A DNA stretch of 64,000 nucleotides from Octopus vulgaris (lineage: Eukaryota): contig OX597823.1 in assembly GCA_951406725.2 (NCBI GenBank), positions 74,710,001-74,774,000 of the forward strand. The letters run 5' to 3'. The translations under genes were made by a program, and so were the position numbers. Positions 13,290 to 25,486 of the stretch are shown here, piece after piece (position 1 is the stretch's first letter; each line of letters opens with the position of its first letter). Below the pieces are notes generated by a model. It was not told the DNA's origin. It did not search any database and saw only the letters and a list, made by a program, of their open reading frames with translations.

Positions 13290-13470
13290 TGTGTATGGGT
13301 TTGTGTCTGTGTGCGTGTGCATGTTTGTGAGTGTATTCGTACGCTACCGTGGTTGATAACCGGTTTGTCGTGTTTACATCCCTGTAGCATAACCGTTCGG
13401 CAAAAAAGAAAGACTATAGAATAAGCGATAGGCTTTTAAAAACTATTAGTGCTGGGGTCGATCAATCCGA
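13290..13470 (+). mobile_element. SINE family B, 3' fragment
   Basis: TTGATAACCGG...GTGTTTACATCCC...TTCGGCAAAA...GAATAAG...GGGGTCGAT matches the 3' half of the 39719 and 54264 copies. Confidence 0.7.
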
Positions 13471-13635
13471 TTAAAACAAAATAAAACTATTGAGAATATA
13501 TAGAAGTTGTGCAACAATGCTGAAATTTAAGTTCCTATTTACCAGCCACAGTAGTTTTACAACTTGGAACAGAGATGGGTGCTCGCATGCAAAATCGTGC
13601 GGGTACACAGACTTGAAATCAATATATTTCTAAAG

Positions 13636-13822
13636 ATAGGCAGCGAGCTGGCAGAATCGTTAGCACGCCGGACGAAATGCTTGTTAGTTCGTCTACTGCT
13701 ACGTTCTGAGTTCAAATTCGGCCGAGGTCAACTTAGCTTTTCATCCTTTCGGCGTCTGTTAAATAAGTACCAGTTACGCTCTGTAGTCGACTTAATCCCC
13801 TTGTCTGTCCTTGTTTGTCCAT
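13636..13822 (+). mobile_element. SINE family A
   Basis: GGCAGCGAGCTGGCAGAATCGTTAGCACGCCGG...GAGTTCAAATTC...CTTTTCATCCTTTCGG...AAGTACCAGTTACGC. Confidence 0.88.
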
Positions 13823-14696
13823 TCTAGAAATTCAAAAAAGTAGTCATGGTTCAGCTTCATAGATACGTAAGCATAAGAATAACAAATATATAAATAAATT
13901 ATGACTTTTGAAAATTATATAACATTAACAGTTATTAAAACCTTTGATGCATCATGCTATTTTACGAATTATTACGGTATTTCTATTAACATTAGATAAC
14001 GTATTCAATATGTTTCGTTTATTTTGTGTGAGAGCAATGTATAAAGGAGATAAAGAGGATCCTTCCTAGACACGTTCATACATAAATGCATACGATCATA
14101 CACAGGGGATACATTCAAACATATATACTTACGTACGTACTTACATAGATGCCTGCATATGTATAGATACATACGTACGTACATATATTCATATATATAT
14201 AGATGCATGCATATGTGTATATACATACGTGCATACGTACATACATATACATGCATATAGAAGCGTATTACTATAAAATAATTGGAGAAAATGGGTTTCT
14301 GAAAATTGCAATAAAGTAAACCTCTCAGCGTACACCAAATTAATTGGATTCATAGAGAACTTATAAACTAGTGTGGGGATTAACATTTAAAATCCTCTGG
14401 CTGAGCAAATACTCAAAATCAAATACGCATATGGAGAAAAATCAGTAGCACATATAGACTAATGAAGAGTTTGCATTATTATATAAAAGGGACAGACACA
14501 GGCATTGTATAGAGTCAACTTTATACACATGTAGCCATATACGTATAGCGCACAGTCGTCTTTGACTTACAGACGCCGTCAATGATCGACTTGTCTTTTA
14601 AATATGTACACTTAAATACCAAAGAAATGAAATAAATATATAGAAGCCTACAAACAGATATACATATATACAAAATTCTATATAAATATATCTATA

Positions 14697-14768
<72 letters not shown>

Positions 14769-14858
14769 TCAATTTAGGGTAGTAAAAAATTCGATAGAAA
14801 TTTAAGGCCATTCCTAAATTGTTATATATATATATATATATAATATATATATATATAT

Positions 14859-14903
<45 letters not shown>

Positions 14904-14989
14904 AATGGATATAGAGATATAAATGTATATATATGTATATGTGTGTATACACCTATCTCTCTCTCTCACTATATATATATATATAAATA

Positions 14990-15022
<33 letters not shown>

Positions 15023-15732
15023 TTTAAAACCAATATTTTAGCATGTGTTATCCCATGTTTTTGTGCGCGTTTCAACATATACTTTTATGGGTGATTAAAT
15101 TCCCGAGGCGAATCACATTAATTTTTGTTGGATTCTTAATTTTACAATCTTTATATATGTAATATGAATAATATGAAGCTTCCAATATCTACTGCTTTCG
15201 TATGTTTCTTGGAATGGAGATTTCTTATTAACAGCAATTTAATAGGCTTCAATGAAGCTTATATGCTACCCCTTTTTGGAAGATTAACACGGTATTATGA
15301 ACGTTGCTAATTCTATACAGATGTAGTAAGCCGCTGCACGTGTATTACATGTTTACATTTAGTTAAGCTAACTTTCGATTAATCACATCTATTTACACAA
15401 GTAAGAAGAGAAGGGCCGTAAGTGAGAGGACAAATAAGAATGTGTATTGAGAGACCGGAAATACGTGGGCAATTGAGAGAGGGGGGAGGATGGATAGGAA
15501 GGGATAGATAGAAATTGATAGAGAGAGAGATAGAGTCTCTTGAGAGATGCTTCTCTTTATTTTATCTGGATAGAAATTAGTATCTTTATATTTGGGGAAG
15601 GAGCTGGAATTTGATATTATATTTAACGTTATGAATTTGTTTTTATTTACTGCATCGTAGACATCGCAGGCAAAAGCGCAGGATATATACTTGCCAGCTA
15701 TATGTGTTTATATATATATGTATGTGTATGTA

Positions 15733-15771
<39 letters not shown>

Positions 15772-15806
15772 CAAAGTTGAGTTGTAAGGTACCGCACGAG
15801 CGGAAT

Positions 15807-16018
15807 TATATATGAAAGAAGGTTTGAAAATGCAGTTTTAAAAGATTTTTATTTACTTTACCGGTTTCACTTTTTAGAAAAAGATTGTCAAAAGTAACAT
15901 GTTACAACCAATAATTAACACAACCAAACTATTACATGTTATTTTTGACAAACTTTTTCTAAAATGTGAAACCGGTAAAGTAAATAAACATCTTTTAAAA
16001 TTGCATTTTCAAACATTC

Positions 16019-16030
<12 letters not shown>
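15807..16030. repeat. Fold-back insert (about 96-bp arms, about 31-bp spacer) in (TA)n; probable PLE-terminus relic
   Basis: 15807-15902 is an imperfect reverse complement of 15934-16030. Each arm holds an HHR-like motif; AATAAA follows the right-arm motif. Confidence 0.88.
15853..15897 (-). ncRNA. Minimal type-I hammerhead ribozyme motif, U3-A8 variant core
   Basis: Minus strand TTACTT-TTGACAA-T-CTTTTT-CT-AAAAAG-T-GAAA-CCGG-TA-AAGTAA: 6-bp stem I, palindromic stem III, GUA triplet. Second copy on the plus strand at 15939-15983. Confidence 0.65.
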
Positions 16031-16083
<53 letters not shown>

Positions 16084-16653
16084 CATGATTGTCTGTGTGT
16101 GACGATGTGCGTGTCTTCGTGCGTGCAAAGTATTTTCAGAGCGTCCATATGCCAACTATTAAGTCACCACGGAATCAAGGTATGAATACGAATTACGACG
16201 ATGATGTCGGTGACAGATGAAAAGAACTCAATCTGATTATAGGCGAAAAGTAGTGACAGCTGTAATTGAGATGTAATCCAGGAAACCACTAGATACAGCG
16301 GGAAGGGGCATATAAGCACTCGACAGAAAACTAGCAGTCTTTCCTATCGGCGTGTTACTATTACACCAAGTTAATGAATGTGTTACCATTACACCAACGT
16401 ACCAGCCTGCTCTTTTCTGTCAAATTTAAGAACTATATTAGTTCGGAGTTCTTTTTGTGAACAAACTTCTATGTGCTTTCGGTGCGAATGTTTATATCAT
16501 ATGGTTCCGAGTTTTACTATCCTGCAAATCTATAATATAATGGAGAAAGCTGCTTATTAATAGTTATGTAACATAACTGGAAATATTTTAATAAATTCAT
16601 TTTCTAAGGAATTTCCTGTAATTTTTTTAAACTCAGATTTCTCGCAAATTTAG

Positions 16654-16870
16654 TTATTCTTTTCTACTCTAGGCACAGGGTCCAACATTTTGGGGGATGT
16701 GGCCAGTCGATTAGGTCGACGCCAGTACGCCACGGGTCCTTAATTTATCACCCCCTAAAGTATATGAGGCAAAGTCGACCACGGAGGAATTTCAACTTTA
16801 AACGTAAAGACAGACGAAATACCGCCAAGCATTTCGCGTGCTAACGTTTCTTATTTCATTATTGGCCACA
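16654..16870 (-). mobile_element. SINE family A, second monomer plus dimer junction
   Basis: Reverse complement of GAAATAAGAAACGTTAGCAC...GTCGACTTTGCC...GTGCCTAGAGTAGAAAAGAATAA. Confidence 0.8.
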
Positions 16871-17127
16871 GTAATAATTATGGTATTTATATAAGCTTAG
16901 TGCTTATAGCGATCACCGTGCAATGACTAAGGAAAATAGTCTAATAATGGGGCATATAATCCTTTGTCAGGAAAAAAATTGGGTTTCCCATTCGCGTAGA
17001 ACCTACATCCCTTCCTTAATGTGACTAAGTGTGTTACCATTACACCATCGAATTAGCCTCATCGTTACTTGGAAATTTTAGAACTGTATTTGTTTGTAGT
17101 TCTTTTTTGTGAACAAACTTCAATGTG

Positions 17128-17469
17128 TTTCGGTGCGACCGGTTTCGCTATACGGTGCCGGGTTTTACAATCCTGTAAATATATACAGGGTGCGGCAGAA
17201 TTAACGTCATTTTGTATTTGGGTTTTCTAGTTCATTTTCTTTTAATTTTCTAAACATTCAGCAATGTTTTTCATTAGTGTATTATTCATTTTAGTCAATA
17301 AAATGATTTAATAAACATTCATATACTATAAAATTTAATTGAAAAAATAGCCGCTACTTTTGCTGCACCCTGTATAAAATATATACATCTTTAAGCTTAT
17401 GAAGATACCATTGTTAATATTTTACAGGATTGTAAAACCCGGCACCGTATAACAAAACCAGTCGCACCG

Positions 17470-17472
<3 letters not shown>
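17128..17472. repeat. Inverted repeat (about 52-bp arms) ending in (TA)n, with a MITE nested in the spacer
   Basis: 17128-17179 is close to the reverse complement of 17421-17472. The minus strand of the left arm reads GCGAAACCGGTCGCAC (3' half of an HHR-like motif). Confidence 0.8.
17186..17372. mobile_element. Tc1/mariner-type MITE
   Basis: TIRs CAGGGTGCGGCAGAA and TTTTGCTGCACCCTG with TA on both sides; AT-rich non-coding interior, 187 bp. Confidence 0.85.
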
Positions 17473-17504
<32 letters not shown>

Positions 17505-18141
17505 ATGTGTAACATTTAATACTTTTCATTATTAATTCATTATATTTAGTATGAGGAAATACACACGTACTAAGACGCATTGCTTTATATATATATATGT
17601 ATTTCATTTTATTGTCGATTTACTAAACGTTTAACATTTTATTTCTCTATACTAGGCGACGTCGACTTTCACATGAACACTCGTTGATTAATATCATGTA
17701 GGACAAAATTTAATTATGACAACTGTTCGTGAAAAATAATAGTTATCGACATTCTGGAGATTTTGTATTATAAATTAGAATTTAGAGTAACATCATAGGC
17801 TTTATAAGCAATACTGCCTCTATATTCATTTGATTTTCAACCTATGGATTGTTTACCCGGTTAGACAAACATACCTTACAAGGGAAACAAAAAATAAAAG
17901 TACGTATGTAACCATCGTCGTACCACATCGAATTGATAAGCAAAAGAACCAGATGTAAATAATTCACATAATCTTACTAATTTCCTTTTATTTTCAATCA
18001 GCGTCTTACATTAATATACATGATTTTTTTAGCTGCTTTGCTGGTGTGATTCTCAGGAAAAGTTTAGTTAATGAAATATAAGTAGGTTACGTTTTATCTC
18101 TATTAGATTAACATAATTTGATTATGATGATGATGCTTGTA

Positions 18142-19040
18142 TTAGGTTGTTCCGAACATAATGGTTGATTTGAGAAACTATTTTATTCCGGAATAATTAA
18201 CAATAGAAATGTTTTGAGTAGTTCAAGTATGAACCATGATAATATATGCATCTCTGCCATCAATCGACGAGATTATTTATGCCGCGTTCATAAAAACTTA
18301 TTGGCTTTGATGCTAAGAAAACATTAAAAGCTGATGCCAACTCTGGTGTGGATATGAAAGCTTTATCACTTGACCTGATCGTTTACGGTTATCATAAAGG
18401 ATAAACTTTCCGTCACAAGTGGGCATTCCCTCCAGAAAGGCATCATTGGTTTTTCGCATATAAAGGATCGAGCACACTTCATTACGCCTATCATTTTGAT
18501 TTTCATTGAGCTCATGCAGTACCCATTTCTCGAGCTTTTTCACCTTACCAACTTTCCGCAGATTGCGTGAGATCGTTGCAATATCGACACCAAGTGCCTG
18601 AAACATTACTCTTACACTTTCACGTGGGTTTTGTTCAACAATTGCATTCATATGTTCATTGGCAAGACTGCATGACTGTCTTCTATCTTCTTCATCTTCA
18701 AGGCTCTTATCACCACTACGGAATTTCTCAAACTACCTTCGTACTGTACGATCACCTGTGAACCCATGCTCTGTTGATGTTGGCAGCAGCTTGGGAGGCA
18801 TTGTGCCCAAGCTTGAACTCATTCAAGAAAAGTAAGCGAAGGTCCTTTTTTGTCATTTTCATAATCAAAAGCGCATCTGCTTGAATATGTTTTCTGTCTG
18901 ACATAAGTAGAAATTATTCAAGGGCATACGTCGATTATTAAGTATGTGGAAATGCACCTAAAATATAACTAAAATACTATGTTAAAATTGCATTTCAAAA
19001 CATAACGCTTAGAGCGGCCGTTATATTCGGAACAATCTAA
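18142..19040 (-). mobile_element. Mariner element, internally deleted, transposase pseudogene
   Basis: TIRs TTAGGTTGTTCCGAACATAATGG and CCGTTATATTCGGAACAATCTAA with TA flanks. Peptide MKMTKKDLRLLFLNEFKLGHNASQAAANINRAW...KWVLHEL...TCDGKFILYDNRKRS; the rest of the catalytic domain is deleted. Confidence 0.93.
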
Positions 19041-19072
19041 TAGTAGTGAGCAGCGGCTAATAAATACTTAAA

Positions 19073-20077
19073 TACTGCCATCAAGGTCCTCTACACAGAT
19101 ACTTCTGCAACCATCTCAACCCCTGACGGAGAAACATCATCTTTCTCAATCAGAGCCGGAATACTGCAGGGAGACACACTCGCCCCATTTCTTTTCATCA
19201 TTGTTGTTGATTATGTGCTACGTATGTCAGTTGATACCATCTCTGGCTAGGGCTTTGAAATAAAACCAAGAAGAAGTTCCAGGCACCTAGCTGAGTACTT
19301 GACATACACTGACTTTGCTGACGACATCGCTCTTATCAGTGATTCTCTCTCCAATGCCCAGTCTCTTTTACAATCTCTTGAACAAGCCTCAAATTGTATA
19401 GGTCTTTACCTCAATGAGGCCAAAGCTGAATACATAAACAAGTGCCTGTCCAACAGTGATTACATCATCCATACTCTCAACAATGCGCCCTTAAATATGG
19501 TTTCTGATTATAAATATCTTGGGTCATACATATCATCATCTGGAAAAGACTTTCTAACTCGAAAGGGTATGGCCTGGTCAGCCTGTAATGACATGCATAA
19601 GATCTGGTTATCAAATCTAAGTAGAGACTTCAAACTTGAAATCTTCAAAGCCACAGTCGAACCAATTCTACTATATGGCTCAGAAACCTGGACTTTATCA
19701 AAGAAGCTTGAGAGGCGGTTGGATGGAACCTACACCCGCCTCCTTATGAGAGTTCAAAATCTCTCATGGAAGCGCCATCCAACCAAAATGCAAATATATG
19801 GGAAACCACCACCTGTGACATCTCATGTGAAAGGTAGGAGAGTCCAGTTTGCTGGACATTGTTGTAGAGCTGAAAAAGAAGTAATTTCTACTCTTCTCCT
19901 CTGGAAACCATCTACTCACAATACCAGAGGGCGCACACTCTCCTACCCTGATGTAATCTCCAGGGATACAGGCATCCAGCAACAGGACCTCCGTAATGCC
20001 ATGATGGACCGTGAAGTCTGGCGTAGCATGGTAAATTCCATTGTCTCGACCACGGTCGAACAATGATGATGATGATG
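19073..20077 (+). mobile_element. 5'-truncated RTE-type LINE
   Basis: RT motifs GILQGDTLAPFLF, DFADDIAL, YKYLGS and LLYGSETW. (TGA)n tail directly after the stop codon. 11-bp TSD AAATACTTAAA at 19062-19072 and 20078-20088. Confidence 0.93.
19077..20066 (+). pseudogene. RTE-type reverse transcriptase C-terminal half
   Basis: One reading frame from AIKVLYTD to STTVEQ, with a single in-frame TAG at 19248-19250. Confidence 0.9.
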
Positions 20078-21941
20078 AAATACTTAAAAATCTGATCTCT
20101 CTATTTCATGAGTAGAAATATATTGGCTTTGCTCACATCGATCTACGAATGTGCCTACACGTAGGGAAACATACACACTTACAGACACTGACTTCTACGC
20201 ATATAAACATAGTGAGACAAAGTCTCAATCTGTACGATTCACGAGAGTGGGTGTGAAAGGGCTGAATTCTAGCTGCTGCTTCTTGTCAATCGGAACTGCA
20301 TGGATTTTTTTCCTATCACCACAATTTCCCTTGAGTATTTCTTCACATAGCATGGTGTCAATGCTGATCATATTAAATAAAAACTGGGGTACAACATCCT
20401 GGAATAGCATAGAATGAGTACTCCGATTGGAATAAAGATTCATACCATCCTTTGACCAGAAACATAGCCGACTGCAGCAATATAAATTGAAGGAATTTTT
20501 TTAATGTTATATTGGCTTTCATTTGCATGTATAGTTTTTTCGGTGCATGGAGTGAATAAAGTATTTTTTTTTTATAACAAGTCATTATATTTTAATACTT
20601 CCTGAGAAATGGTAAAGGTTTGCATAAATGACTGCCTGTTCATCGAAAGAAATGAAACCTAGCATTCTACTTGTTTTAAATATATATAGGTCTTTTATGT
20701 TCTGTGTTCCTTTTTGATAAAGTTTATAATAATTGGGGTTATTGAAATTTTTCCAGTTTTATTTTCTAGACATTACAAGATTAAACGCTTTTTTATGTTC
20801 CGATTGACCAGATATTGAATGAACGATTTCTTTACTTATGTTTGAATATTTGTGTTTATTGTAACCTTGCATATGATTGTCGTTTATAAAAAGAGTGAGA
20901 TTTACTTATAATGGAAATGTTTTAATATATTCTGTAAGTATTGATTTATTGATTTGTGCATTGAAGTATATTCAGATATTAATACGGAATTAAAGGTGAG
21001 GCTTAATGTTTTGTGATGGATTCTATATCGAACAGCTATGCATAATTATTAATTCTGTCACTTAATGGCTATGTCCAGTTTTGTCAAAAGAGTTATGCAG
21101 CATTACTTTATTTAAGATGCATCATTCCTCATCAAATATTTTCTCTTATGTAGAAGTGAGAAAATATATTCTACAATGGCGTCTTACTGATATGATCGCT
21201 TTGAATGTGTTTATTCGTTCTTTATAAGTAATGCCGTGAGTTTATTCTCTGGTCGAGAAAAAAAGCACAGAGCTGGTAGCTTTTTTGAAAATGTGAAGTA
21301 AGATTTATCTACACATTTTAAGATATTTACTGACTTCACCGTATTTCTTACAAAGTTACTCGTGCTAATATTATACCTCAACTATATTATATCTCAACTT
21401 TAAATGTATCTTTACATGTGCAGGTATATACTGTCAGTCACATCCATCCACACACACACACACACACACACAACACACATACACACATATCAGATATACA
21501 AATACATATGAAAAAAACCTACAAACTTTTGATTCTTAACATTAACAATGTAAGAAACCAGTGAGTTGTCCCATTGACACATATCACGCATGAAAGAGTC
21601 CGCAAAATATTTCAATATTAGATTTAAATGAAATGTAATTAAGCCAAAACAAAACATCAAGATACATAATTACTGAATTAAGGAAGACAGTAGAAAAATG
21701 TTCTTTTTTCGTATGGTACATTTATATAAATTTATTAACAAACAACAATCTCGTAAAACCTAAAAGGGAGAGAGTATGGTGCTATATGTTTCAAAGCTGT
21801 TTCTGACAACGTTGTGAACTAATTCCAATTCTCCACAAACAGCTGTCGGACTTGTAGCACCCTAATTCTTCCCTTTAATTTTTCTGTGTCATTGAACTCC
21901 TTGTAAGTTTGGTCTATTAATGTATAATTTACTCTCGTACA

Positions 21942-22018
<77 letters not shown>

Positions 22019-22632
22019 GTATATATGTATGTAAGTGTGTATGAAAATATTAAGAGTAGAAAATTTAGAGAAATATTCTACCTGTAGCCAGCGCCTTTAC
22101 TGATGAGAGACGGATAGTAAATTATTTTATTTTTACATTGATGTTCATTCCCTTTGAAATTACTCTTATTCGTGGTTTGGGCTTTTAACTGCCCTTTCCA
22201 GAATGTCTTGAAATATTTTCTTCAGTTCCTGCTTGAGTATAGTTATAGTGAAACGATCCGTTGGAGCACTGAACTAAGATGAAAACAAGATATCGTGTGC
22301 AAATGATACGTGCTGATATTGAATTCGATAATGCGACATAACACTTTTCACTAGCAGTTCTGCACCGGGATCAAAGCCTTCGAAATAACGTTTAACATAA
22401 AACTTGGATAGCTACGGAGGAATCTTTCGATTATACTGATGGTAACATCGTTTCGGAGACTCTCTCGCCGATGAATGTATGCCTAATATGATATTGCAGA
22501 TCATATAAATGCAACATTTCATAGGCCGCTTCGAGATATTCTTTGTGTAGAACTGTTTATTAAATAATCTGAAACCATTGGCGCTTTATTGAGCCTCAGG
22601 CTCATTTTAGAAAGTAGGGATCCTATCTGAAG

Positions 22633-22679
<47 letters not shown>

Positions 22680-22769
22680 AAAGAGAGAAAGAGGGGAGCT
22701 GGTAATATACACAGCAAAAACCTATATATGACAGCTGTCACTAACATAAGCATATGTCATTCTGCATGC

Positions 22770-22888
22770 AGGCGCAGGAGTGGCTGTGTGTAAGTAGCTT
22801 GCTTACCAACCATATGGTTCCGGGTTCAGTCCCACTCCGTAGCAACTTGGGAAAATGTTTTCTACTATAGCCTCGGTCCTACCAATGC
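22770..22888 (+). mobile_element. SINE family B, 5' part (3'-truncated)
   Basis: AGGCGCAGGAGTGGCTGTGTG...GGTTCCGGGTTCAGTCCC...CTACTATAGCCTCGG; similarity ends just before the fold-back element. Confidence 0.88.
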
Positions 22889-22895
22889 TACGAAT

Positions 22896-23408
22896 GATTA
22901 CAGAACATTCATAAAGAGGAGGTCTTACAGCTGTTTCCGGGATATTTTATATATCCCTTCAACGGAAACTGTGCGAGAAGATGAGAAGCAATAGTTATTC
23001 TAGAGAAGATAGGAAATGGAGAGTGAAGTGGAGGAATGAAAACAGGCGTGATATATGAAGTGGTATTGTCCATTTCCAGCATAGAGATTGTAAAAGGTGT
23101 TATTGGATCAAATAATACCGTTTACAAATTCTATGCTTGGAATGACCTATCTTAAATACTATTGGAACTTACACACAAGGTACAGGAAACTTATATGTAT
23201 ACCATTCTGTTTTAATAATGGAACTACTGATGCAATATCCCTGCATATCTCACGGCTGTTTTCATTCCTCCACTTCACTCTTTATTTCATATCTTCTCTA
23301 GAATAAGTATTGTTTAACATTTATTTCTGGCACCGTCTCCGATGAAGGAATTTATAAAATATCCGGGAAAGAGCTGCATGACCTTCTATTTATAAATGTT
23401 CTGAAATC
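22896..23408. repeat. Large fold-back (about 175-bp arms) with nested inner hairpin; probable PLE-terminus relic
   Basis: 22896-23068 is close to the reverse complement of 23233-23408; inner inverted repeat at 23071-23144; HHR-like motifs in both arms. Confidence 0.85.
22922..22969 (-). ncRNA. Decayed minimal type-I hammerhead motif (CCGANGA type)
   Basis: Minus strand GTTT-CCGTTGA-A-GGGATAT-ATAAA-ATATCCC-G-GAAA-CAGCTG-TA-AGAC. The partner at 23335-23382 (+) has GTCT-CCGATGA, giving the consensus GTCT-CCGATGA...GAAA-CAGCTG-TA-AGAC. Confidence 0.6.
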
Positions 23409-23578
23409 TATTACTTGGTTATATATGCATGCTAATATATGGCCTACGTTGGACTTTTCATTCCCATAATCACCGAACCTGGAGCTTAACTGTAGTCTGT
23501 CCATAGCACTTACTCAACATGACTTGACACCTTCTGGGTCTTCTTGACACCATTATCTCTCATAACCTCAAAATATAC

Positions 23579-23619
<41 letters not shown>

Positions 23620-24261
23620 CGTATAGATACACACAAAAATGTATATGCCAATATATGTCGTCAGCTATGGGGAAAACTATATGGAGATTCAGAATATTTC
23701 GCCAGAAATATTGTTCAAATGCACCTGGGTAAGAAAAATCGAAAAGACGTCGTAGAGTGATATACCCATAAAATAACATCATCAACAGACATAGCTGTTG
23801 AGATTTTGTAAAGGTGTTTCTGGAGGACGTGGTAACTTTAATGTATTGAAAGAAATACCACACACATGCATACACACACACACACGCGCGCGCGCGGTAA
23901 TATGATGAGATACTGTACAAACAATTATCAAGCTTCTCCTGAGATGACTTTTCACAAAGTACCTTTTTTTACCTTGCCATTTCACGGCTTTCTGCAGCGA
24001 TATATTTTGGTAAGTATAGCATGCTATCTGTCTCAATATACATTGAAATATTTACATACAAGCAATATCATAAAGTATACAAGGATAAATAAATAAGGAA
24101 TAGAAATAAAAGAAATATACCGCAAATGTAATGTAATACACGTATAATAAGACAAATAAAACAAAAAATACAAGTGTGATCAGAATAGAACAAACAAAAA
24201 GCACAAACATTTATATGGCTCCTATTATTTCACAGGACAAATAATATAGCATATCCATATA

Positions 24262-24319
<58 letters not shown>

Positions 24320-24320
24320 C

Positions 24321-24366
<46 letters not shown>

Positions 24367-24389
24367 ACATATGTATGTGTGTATGTATG

Positions 24390-24442
<53 letters not shown>

Positions 24443-24781
24443 GTATATACATATAAATATGAATAGCTACGTACACACGTGCACACTCATATATGCATAC
24501 ATATAAACACATAATGTACATATATTAATGTGTATATGTGTACACTTATATATACGAATACACTGAAGCACATGGAGATATGCTATAACTTCATACACCA
24601 ATCAACTTATACTCGTATCTGTATTTATATATACTCACAACCACAAATACACGTAGGTAATACATTTACATCTGTATATATCTATGTGCATATATGTGTA
24701 CATACTAATACCACAACTCACCAATATAACTGTTTATACTCAATTATATGGCACGTCCGTGTACATGGATACATACATACA

Positions 24782-24815
<34 letters not shown>

Positions 24816-24947
24816 TAATAAAAAGAATTCCAACCTTGTCTGATTTTCACGTTTTATTTACAATCTTATAATGATATATTATAAGATAATATATTATAAT
24901 TGAATAAAATAAAATGAAATAGTAGAATGTTAAATATTCATTCTGAT

Positions 24948-24992
24948 TGAACTAGTACTTTCATGCATTGAATTCTGCAATCTTCGGGTTCA
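24948..24992 (-). ncRNA. Minimal type-I hammerhead ribozyme motif in the PLE 3' region (U4C core)
   Basis: Minus strand TGAAC-CCGAAGA-T-TGCA-GAATTCAA-TGCA-T-GAAA-GTAC-TA-GTTCA: perfect 5-bp stem I, palindromic stem III, same strand as the PLE ORF. Confidence 0.75.
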
Positions 24993-25049
24993 TGTAGTAG
25001 TGTTGACAGTCATGCTTCACAATTTTTGACTGTAGCAAGATGAGTGATT

Positions 25050-25175
25050 CTGTGCTATAAATACAGCTGGGTAGGCTCCAGAGTGCTAGGTTTTGCAAAC
25101 TGTATTCTGACCAATCAGTGTGTAGTATCACTCAATTACTTAAGCTGATTGGTTGGTTGAGCTGATTGGTTTAGG
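25050..25175. promoter_or_regulatory. Putative pseudo-LTR promoter of the PLE (CCAAT boxes and TATA)
   Basis: CTATAAATA at about 25056, CCAATCAG at 25111, and two CTGATTGG (minus-strand CCAAT) at about 25145 and 25162, all upstream of the HHR in PLE sense. Confidence 0.45.
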
Positions 25176-25486
25176 CATCACGCTTTGTTGGACAGGTCAA
25201 GAGTCCTGTATCTTGACCCTGGCCGAAGCAGCAATTGTTGGGTTATTTTTAGAAATGTTGTAAATATCCTTTGTCAGAGATTTTTATATTTTTATATTTC
25301 AATTGTCATCATCATCATTGTCAGCACCTTAATTATTGTTGCTAGTGGTGATGGTGGTGGCAATAGAACTTTTAACCCTAAATAAGATAATTTTCCTGCT
25401 ATCTTCGTCTTGATCACCTTTAGTATTGTTGTTGTTGTTAGTGGTCATGGTCGTAGCAGTGGAAGTAATACCTCTAAGTATTATTA

